64,000 bases of DNA from Octopus vulgaris (taxonomy: Eukaryota): positions 163,680,001 through 163,744,000 of the forward strand of contig OX597815.1 in the NCBI GenBank assembly GCA_951406725.2. Direction: 5' to 3'. Position 1 is the stretch's first letter. Each line of letters begins with the position of its first letter. The position numbers and the translations under genes were made by a program. Shown in pieces: positions 55,374-64,000 of the stretch. The notes beneath the pieces are model-generated. The model did no database searches. It had not been told where the DNA came from and saw nothing but the letters and a program-made list of their open reading frames with translations.

Positions 55374-55808
55374 TAATGTATGCATATGAGGTTGTGTGGT
55401 AAGTAGTTTGCTTCCCAACCACATGGTTCCGAGTTTAGTTTTGCCTGACACCTTTGGCAAGTGTCTTCTACTATAGCCACGGGCCGACCAAAGCCTAGGG
55501 GGTTATATTTGGTAGACAGAAAGCGAAAGAAACCCGTCGTATAAATATGCGTTCGTGTGTCTGCATTTGTGCTCCACCACCATTGCTTGACAACTGATAG
55601 TGCGCCAGAATGGCCACAGTCAAATGACTATCGTTGGCGATTTTCTTTCTCTGTCTTCCCCTCCTTGGACTTTTCCTTTTTCTATGTTTCTGACGAAGAG
55701 CTCCGCTCGAAACGTTAAATCCTTCTTTCCTGAGCCTCCAATAACACTATATTTGTGTCACGTCCTCGCGTTGTCGTGTTTTCTCGTTGTTCATGTTTGG
55801 ATTAACTA
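55100..55808 (+). mobile_element. Two same-orientation family H elements (~55100-55278, ~55630-55807)
   Basis: Both start ATCGTTGGC.ATTTT and end TTTGGATTAAC|TATA; hammerhead motifs at 55156-55188 and 55687-55719. Confidence 0.8.
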
Positions 55809-56329
55809 TATATATATATATATTTCACGTATGTATTAGCATTTCGTTTACGCCTAGCGATACTCATAACTACTTCTTAGAAATCGTTATAATTAACAGC
55901 ATCAAATACAGAGTATATTGACTGCAAGGTAGAGTGGTTTGTTATTCTTTTTGGAAAAAGTAGATATTAATCCTATCTTGAAAAACAGATCCCAACTATA
56001 AACTTTTTTCCCTCCGTTTCTGTATCCTTGAGTAAACGAGGCCAGTTCTGATTAGTTTTAGTGTTTATTGCCCCTTCATCAGAGAATCAAAGATCGGCAA
56101 GCCTCCTCATTCGATATACTTTTCTTATAAGCGTTCAACTTCATACTTCATTTCTTACTCCCAAATTATTCGATTTTGCTTCAACAAGCTCACCCCCGCA
56201 GACCTATACACACTAATTGCAAAAGCAACAAGGCAAGCATCTAATCAATGAAATTGAGAATATTCTTTCTATTACCTTAAATATTCTCTAACTTCACTAA
56301 ACACTTCAATATCTCTTTGCTGTTCCCTA

Positions 56330-56830
56330 TCTGTCAGTCTATCTGTCTGTCTGTCTTTCTCTCTCTTTTTCTCTCTTTCACTCTCTCTCCCTTTCTGTCA
56401 CTCTCTTTCTCTCTCTACCTCTTCCTCTCGGGCACCCTTTTTTTCTCTTTCTCTCTTTCCCTCTATGTCACCTTTTTCTTCTTCTCTCCCTCTTTCACCC
56501 TTTCTCTTTCTTTCCCTCTCTGCCACACTCTCTCTTTCTCTTTCCCTCACTCTTTCTCTCTCTCTTTCTCTTTCTGTCTCTCTGTTATTCTCTTTCTCTC
56601 TCTCTTTCTCTCTCTACCTCTTCCTCTCTGGCACCCTTTTTCTCTCTTTCTCTCTTTCCCTCTCTTCACCCTTTTCTTTCTCTCTTCCTCTTTCACACCC
56701 TTTCTATTTCTCTCCCTCTCTATCACACTCTCTCTTTCTCTTTCCCTCACTCTCCCTCTTTCTCTTTCTCTTTCTGTCTTTCTCCATTTCTCTTTATCTC
56801 TCTCTCTCTCTCTCTACTTCTCTCATTCTG
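56330..56830. repeat. ~500-bp polypyrimidine (CT-rich) tract with internal ~200-bp-period duplication
   Basis: CTCTCTACCTCTTCCTCTC.GGCACCCTTT at ~56411 and ~56610. Confidence 0.85.
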
Positions 56831-56879
56831 CAGGTATATATATATCTACCTTTACAAAGGCAGTGGTGTTTATCACATT

Positions 56880-57579
56880 CTTAAAGAGTGGAGCCTCTGG
56901 TACTATCAATTATCGTTTTATCACATTCCTTTCCAACTCTCACAGAGGTGAAAGAAAGTCTTTAAGAACAACCTTCCACAGCATCCTGAATCTGTCTCTT
57001 CTTTCTTAATGAGCACCATTATGGTTTTCGAAAAAGCTGATCTGCTGAAGGCGTATATACTTCTATGTCACTGATTAGTGTCTGTTGTTCTCGTAAAATT
57101 TCTTGAAAATAGTCTTGTTACTCCCGACATTAGAAAAGCTTTCGGTCGTGTGTGGCACGGGAACATCCTGGCTAAACTGCTTGTCAATGAACCACATTCA
57201 TCTCTCATATCTTATATCCGTGCCCCCTCCCCTCGCCGGCAGGCCATACATTCGTGGCATGTAATATGTACTTGCGGAGCCTTCTCTGACCAAAATTTTA
57301 GCAATCCTTTGCTTCACTACGTTTCGGATTTATCCGTTAAACTCTTCCTTCTAAAGACCATAGACATACATCTTGCGCATATATCTGAGTGTATCTCTGA
57401 AAACTCTCCACAATAGGCGCAGGAGTGGCTGTATGGTAAGTAGCTTGCTTACCAACCACATGGTTCTGGTCTCAGTCCCACTGCGTGGCATCTTTGGTAA
57501 GTGACTTCTACTATAACTTCGGGCCGACCAAAGCCTTGTGAGTAGATTTGGAAGACGGAAGCTAAAAGAAATCCGTCGC

Positions 57580-57678
<99 letters not shown>

Positions 57679-58915
57679 TCTGTGTGTGTATGTGTGTCTG
57701 TGTTTGTCGCCCCCATCTACATCGCTTGACAACCGATGCTGGTGTGCTTACGTCCCCGTAACTTAGCGATTCGGCAAAAGGGACCGATAGAATAAGTACT
57801 AAGCTTACAAAGAATAAGTCCTGGGGTCGACTGAAACAAGTAAAAGAGTAAAAGAGTAATCTTCGTTCTACCTAGGCCTTTCATACTCAGGCATCGTCCT
57901 TGTACTACGTGATGACATCAAGTTACGTTTGCAATTGTTCCATGATAGAGTCTTTAAGGATATCCTATAATGAAATCATACTAATGTTGTCTCCGTCAGC
58001 GGAACCGGCACAAAATTACTACACATTTCTACGTAAACATGACCAGCCTGCAGCAAGAACACACATCGTTGCTGTAACTGTTGTCCTTCATAGTCACTAA
58101 AAATTGCTCCCGAAGAACATGCACATAAACACGCTTAATGTAGCATGGTCTCTCTTGTGAAAGGTAGAAGAGTCCAGTTTGCTGGACATTGCTGTAGAAT
58201 TGAAAACGAGGTAATTTCTGCTCTTCTCCTTTGGAAGCCATCTGCTCGCGATACCAGAGGGCGCACACTCTCCTACCCTGATGTAATCTCCAGGGATACA
58301 GGCATCCAGCAACAGGACCTCCGTAATGCTATGATGGACCGTGAAGTCTGGCGTAGCATAGTAAATTCCATTGTCTCAACCACGGTCGGAGAATGATGAT
58401 GAGCATAGACTCGATTTTAAATATTGGCGTTTTTTCGCACCAGAAAAGAATTCATGTCCACAGCTTCTTCACCGCACTGTCTTCTCCACCGCACTGATTA
58501 AACTTTCAACTTGAACAACAAACCTGCTGCTGCACACACAGACATCGTAGACTGTATCAAGGAAAAATCTACATCTGCTATTTCCTATCTCTGACTGTTT
58601 TTCTTTCTTTCTTTCTATTTTTTTTTTTTGTTTTTTTTTTTGTCGTAGTTACGATAACCACAGTTCTTCGGGACTTATTAATCTCATGCAAACTCAACTC
58701 AGAAACTCCAGGCTCACATGTCTCTCTTTCTCTCATGAAACATATTTCTTCCACACTCAGACACCACACGAACCGCTCTACGCAGTGTTACCTCTTTAGA
58801 ACTGCAGTACGCTGGAATAACCGCCTTGTACATGATTTTCTTGCAGCAGTCACGAGGAATGCTTATCGCATGAATCTGAGCACCCGTGTACAGCGTGTCA
58901 AGCCATAGAGACAGC
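56880..58915 (+). mobile_element. Decayed CR1/Jockey-clade LINE RT and 3' end, interrupted by younger insertions
   Basis: HYGFRK..DIRKAFGRVWHGNILAKL (cf. QYGFR..DISKAFDRVWH); near 58760 HTNRSTQCYLFRTAVRWN (cf. RT..Y..SF.PRT...WN). Confidence 0.65.
58145..58402 (+). mobile_element. RTE-clade LINE 3' end
   Basis: RRVQFAGHCCR..LLLWKP..GRTLSYPDVISRDTG..AMMDREVWRSIV, stop, then (TGA)n tail. Confidence 0.85.
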
Positions 58916-59001
58916 TTGTTCCTGCAGACAAGTATACTATACATACATACATATACGTACATACATGCATACATACACTAACACACATATATAGGCATAT
59001 G

Positions 59002-59044
<43 letters not shown>

Positions 59045-59485
59045 GCGCAGACATGGCATTCTGGTTTGCAGTTCATTTCGCAAACACATTATTTCGAATT
59101 TAGTCCCACTGCGCAGCACCTTGGGCAAATATCTTCTTCCATAGCCTCTGACCAACCAACGCCTTTGAATCTCATAAACTTAAACTGTGCGGTATCACAT
59201 CGCGTATAAATATATGTGTGTGTATGCGTCTTTGTTTTTGAATTCCATTACTTAACAATTAGTGTTGGCTTGTTTATATCCGTCAGTACTAGCAATTCGG
59301 TGGTAAGTCTCGGATAAAATAAGTAAACTTCGAAAATAGTTCTTGGATAAATTTGATAGACTAAACACGTCATAACATTGCTCCAGTATAGCTGCAGTTC
59401 ACGACTCGACAAATGAAAGAATATGTATATGTGTGTGTGTGTATATATATATATATGTGTGGATATATCTATATATATATATATA

Positions 59486-59523
<38 letters not shown>

Positions 59524-59560
59524 AATATATACATAAACACACACATATATATTATATATT

Positions 59561-59607
<47 letters not shown>

Positions 59608-61494
59608 TTGTGCACGCATATTTATGGACACGAATACATGTGTATGCGTGCGTCTGTGTGTGTGTGTTGTTGTGTGTGTGTTTATGTGTATGTTTGTGTG
59701 TGTGTGTGTGCGCGCGTGTGTTTGTGTGTGCGCGCGCAATGGAGCACAGGTGCGTCAGGTGCCAAGACGAAATTAATGATTTCAATAGAACAGTTTGGTA
59801 AAAGGTTTTCCTATCCAGCTGCAACGTATATTATCATTACGACTAAATACCGAATTAACAAGTACGCTTAAATATTTAACACTAACGGCTATTATTGCAA
59901 CCAATTGCAGCTGCAGTTTTCATTATTCTCAAATACTTAATTTCTCTTGCAATTGAGGTGTTATAATCAGCAGGCAGTTGCATCTGTAAAAGACAGCATG
60001 AGGGTAAAAAGATGCGGTAGACCTGTACGATTTCCATGTGCATCCAGCACACCCAATTTACACTTAAATAAAGCCGTTATAAATTGATTAAAGTTTTTGC
60101 CTAGTGTTTAATTCAATCACAAATAGTATTGTAAATTATTCGAGCTGAGAGAAATTTGAATCCACCTTCCAAACAACGCCGACCTTCTGTTTGAATATAG
60201 AAACAAGAGACAGGCAGTTTGGATTCTGTGTAAAGTGTGAAATGTGAGGTAGGGGTGTTTCTTTTCTTAATTATTGATATTTACTTGCTTCGGTGGAGGA
60301 ATTAAGATAATGAGGAAATTATCTCAATTTGCACTCTTTTCCATTATTGTCTCTCACTACTTTATTGTCTGCGATAAAGAATCTTTTCTTTTTTACCTTT
60401 GGTTGCAGCGAACAACACATTGTACTAGCTTGAACAGAGTACGACCTGATGAATGTGTCAACAATTTAACACACAGCAAGAACTTACATGTGACTTAATA
60501 CAGTTAAACTCCAATGCAGTCTGTTTAAGTAGACGAGAATAGTCTATTTTTCTCTTTTGTTAATGTAGACTAAACCCAGTCACATAATCCTGGGTTTTAC
60601 CCCACTGCGTGACACCTTGAATGAGTGTGTTTTATAGCTTTGGGTCAACCAAAGCGTTGCAAGTGGATTTGATAAACGGGAACTGAAAAAACCCGTTCGT
60701 ATACACACATACACACACACGCAAACACACACTGCTTGAAAACCGATGTGGGTTCGTTTCCGTAAACTAGCTGTTCTTCATAAGAGTCTGATGACATAAG
60801 AACCTGACTAAGCAATAGGTAGATTCCTTCGACGGAAAACCTTGAAAGCGGTCTCGCAGAAAGCCCAGTAACAGAAGCAACTAAAAGATACAATAATGGA
60901 TTAGTTAACGGATTAGTAAACGGATTATTAAACAAGAAATGTAAAAGGGCTGAAGCGAAAAGGAGTAAATTAAATGGTTCGTAAATCAAACGACATAATA
61001 TTCGCAATTATTCTATGACTGGTATTCCAGGAAAGTTTCTGGAAGATGTAGGGAAATATGTGCTTTAAGAAGGCGACAGATAGATACATACATACATACA
61101 TACATACGTACACACACGCACACATACACACACACACATATATATACATACATAAATACACACACACATATCTATGTATATATACATATACATACCTATA
61201 TCCATACACATACATATAGATACATACATAGATCCAGGCATCCGTACACACATAGAGACAGGCACACACACTCACATACACACACGTACACATAAACTTA
61301 CACACAGGCACACGCCAATACATGTATATGTGTAGACTCACACAGACACAGACACACACATGTAGTTATATACATACCCATATATACAGGCCAGCTTTTG
61401 CGTTTAAATTCATGTATCTCGATTCTGATAGTATTTATTGGTATATTTTACTTATACATAGTTGTTAATTGATATTATATATATATATATATAT

Positions 61495-61690
61495 AGTTAG
61501 TTAAAATAAGCAGAGAAAAAAGACAAGAAAAAATAACACGAGGACGTGGTAAATGCAAAGTATTAATAAGACGCTCAGGGGAGGAAAGAAAGGGTATTTT
61601 ACGTTTCGAGCAAAGCTCTTCTTCAGAAACAGGAGACAGAGGAAAGTCCAAAAGAAAAAAAGAACGGAGGGGAAAAAATCGCCAACAATG
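61495..61690 (-). mobile_element. Family H element with intact hammerhead core at 61597-61629
   Basis: Reverse strand TTT-CTGAAGA-A-GAGC-TTT-GCTC-GAAAC-GTA-AAA; 3' end AAC|(TA)n. Confidence 0.75.
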
Positions 61691-62104
61691 CACCACACAC
61701 ACACACACACGTATGTGCGTATACGCACACATATCTACATACATATATATGTGTGTGTCTTTCTGTCAGTGCTTCTCTCCTCTTGACAACCGGTGGTGGT
61801 GTGTTTACGTTCCCGTTTCTTAGCGGTTCTGTAAAATAGACCGATAGAATATGTACCAGGCTTTAAAAGATGTACTGGGTCGACTTATTCGACTAGAAAT
61901 TCTTCAAGGCGATGCCCCAGCAAGGTCACATACTTATGAGATTATATAAACAGTTATATTTGTTTAAATAATTAAAACCCGCCAGTCACATGGCATGTAT
62001 AAGTTTTATGTGGACTCGTCTGTTTTTTTTCTTGTCTTATATATACTGCGATCAATATAAACAGTCACACAATTGAATCCATCGCGACAGGATCACGGTT
62101 GATG

Positions 62105-62190
62105 TCTTCTTCTTCTTCTTCTTCTTCTTCTTCTTCTTCTTCTTCTTCTTCTTCTTCTTCTTCTTCTTCTTCTTCTTCTTCTTCTTCTTC
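62105..62190. repeat. (TTC)n microsatellite
   Basis: Directly visible. Confidence 0.95.
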
Positions 62191-62469
62191 CAATCAGGAC
62201 TCACGCCATTAGCTACAAGGAATAATCTCTAATTCGAGCCTACTCTTAGCTACTAAGAATGCGTGTAGCAACTTGGAGATCCACCCACCACACGCAATAG
62301 ACCGGCGGTTGCACGGGCGCGAAAGCTACGTTGTTATCCTCATTCCGTAAACGGTGGCTTTTAACAGGTGGAGAGCTGAACCATCCTGGGGTACAGAGGA
62401 TTCGCAAATCTAGACTAGGATCTGAAAGTTTACCACACCATAGTGGGTTACACCATGGTTCCTCTGCTT

Positions 62470-62669
62470 TGTCGAAGAAGTAGGAAGAAAGAGTGAGAGA
62501 AAGTTGTGGCGAAAGAGTACAGCGGGGTTCACCACCCCTCCCGGCCAGAGACTCGTAGAGCTTAGGCATTTTTGCTCAATAAACACTGACAATGCCCAGT
62601 CTGGGTATCGAAACCGCATTCTTACGACACGAGTCCACTGCCCTAACCACTGGGCCATTGCGCCTCCAC
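62470..62669 (-). mobile_element. tRNA-derived SINE (family C-related)
   Basis: Reverse strand GTGGAGGCGCAATGGCCCAGTGGTTAGGGCAG..GGTTTCGATACCCAG. Confidence 0.75.
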
Positions 62670-63096
62670 GGTTCATGTTGTTACCCCTTGTCATACGTTC
62701 TGCTGCTGGTTGTGTTTCCTCTACGGCTAGATAGAAATTCGCATGTTCTTATTCCGGTGCTTATGAAATAAATAAATTACAAAACTTGATGAATTCAAAT
62801 TGCACCAAGGTCAGTTTTGCCTTTGTTCTTTTCAGGTTCGATAAAATAAATACCAGTTGCAAACGATTTACTCACTCCCCCGAATTTTATTGGTCTTGTG
62901 CCAAAATTCAAAACTAACATTACCTGTAACAGACGTACATCTTATATCGAGAAAGATTAGTTTTGAATATATTTAGCAACAGAGAAGTCGTATATAAGCA
63001 TGCCCTTGGTGATTACAATGCTCATAGACGTGTGAAATCTGAGGTTTAAGCGGATGGAAAAAAAGTGGGAACTTGAAACATTATTACGCTCGAGAT

Positions 63097-63480
63097 AAGG
63101 CGGCCAGCTGGCTGAATCGTTAGCTCGCTGGACGAAATGCTGAGCGGTATTCTGTCTGCCGTTACCGTTCTGAGTTCAAATTCAGCCGAGGTCGACTTTG
63201 CCTTTCATCCTTTCGGGGTCGATTAAATAAGTACCAGTTACGCACTTGGGTCGATATAATCGACTTAATCCGTTTGTCTGTCCTTGTTTGCCCTCTCTGT
63301 GTTTAGCCCCTTGTGGGTAGTAAAGAAATAGATATTTCGTCCGTTGGTACGTTCTGAGGTCGACTTTACCTTTCATCTTTTCAGGGTCGATAGAATAAGT
63401 ACCAGTTAAAAACTGGGGTCGATGTAATCGACTCATCCCCTCCCGCAAAATTGCTGCCCTTGTGGCAAAATTTGAAACCA
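63097..63480 (+). mobile_element. Tandem family B SINE
   Basis: AAGGCGGCCAGCTGGCTGAATCGTTAG head and two GGTCGACTTT.CCTTTCATC cores. Confidence 0.85.
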
Positions 63481-64000
63481 TTATTGCCTTTGAGAATGTC
63501 ATTCGGGCTGCTTAAGCTGTGAATCGAAACTAAGTTGCACATTTAGTTCGTCGAGAATCTTGTAACGATTGTATACAGCTCGCGAAGTTGATCTTCGTAA
63601 TACGGAGAAAACAAAAATGTATCGTATGTTATCAACATTCAGTGTATTTAAGGGTTTTTGTAATACTCATAATAAGAGAAATAGTAATCTCCAAATATCA
63701 AAAGAAACCGATCGAAAAATCCATTTTTTTCGTTGCCGAAAACAGGAAAGAAGAAAAAGGAGAAAAGGAAGAAAAAGAAAGTGAAAGAGAGAGAGAGGAG
63801 GTATTTTAAAAGAAAATGAGCTGGAAGAAAGAGGAAAATAATATACATTTTATGTATATAAACACACACATGTGCACATACACGCAAATATTTATGTAAC
63901 ATAAATATATGCACATATACTATATCTGTGTGTGTGTACAATCATAATATATGATATATATTCATTGGAACACACACATATATGTGTGTATATATATATA

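Noticed and set aside
56826-56840. Polypyrimidine tract plus CAG|GT as a recursive splice site
   Set aside because: Donor GTATAT is weak and the tract is a CT microsatellite within LINE-like debris
58792-58921. Minus-strand exon-like segment with CAG acceptor, open frame and GTAACA donor
   Set aside because: The plus strand is better explained as the decayed 3' end of the CR1/Jockey-like LINE whose RT lies at ~57000-57200

Overview
Eukaryotic, AT-rich, extremely microsatellite-dense DNA. The repeat landscape (three tRNA-derived SINE families, Tc1/mariner, RTE, CR1/Jockey-like, Penelope-like and Helitron relics) suggests a coleoid cephalopod (Octopus-like) genome; this is inference from repeat character, not a database match. 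I see no intact protein-coding gene: nearly all listed ORFs are microsatellite or SINE read-throughs. One possible first exon (ATG AAG|GTAAGT at 4375-4386) could make the rest a giant intron. Most interesting signals: (1) about a dozen minimal type-I hammerhead-ribozyme motifs in short non-autonomous elements, many sitting in (TA)n tracts and often with fold-back ends, including one element joining a tRNA-Ser-like Pol III head to a hammerhead - a candidate Penelope-mobilised, ribozyme-bearing retroelement system; (2) an ~8 kb AT-rich fossil coding region (~31.3-39.4 kb) with an SF3-helicase-like (E1/NS1-type) motif set, a candidate ancient endogenous DNA virus; (3) near-perfect hairpins and a template-switch inversion; (4) a Tc1-like transposase with D(36)E spacing. 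Boundaries of decayed elements are approximate and read by eye.
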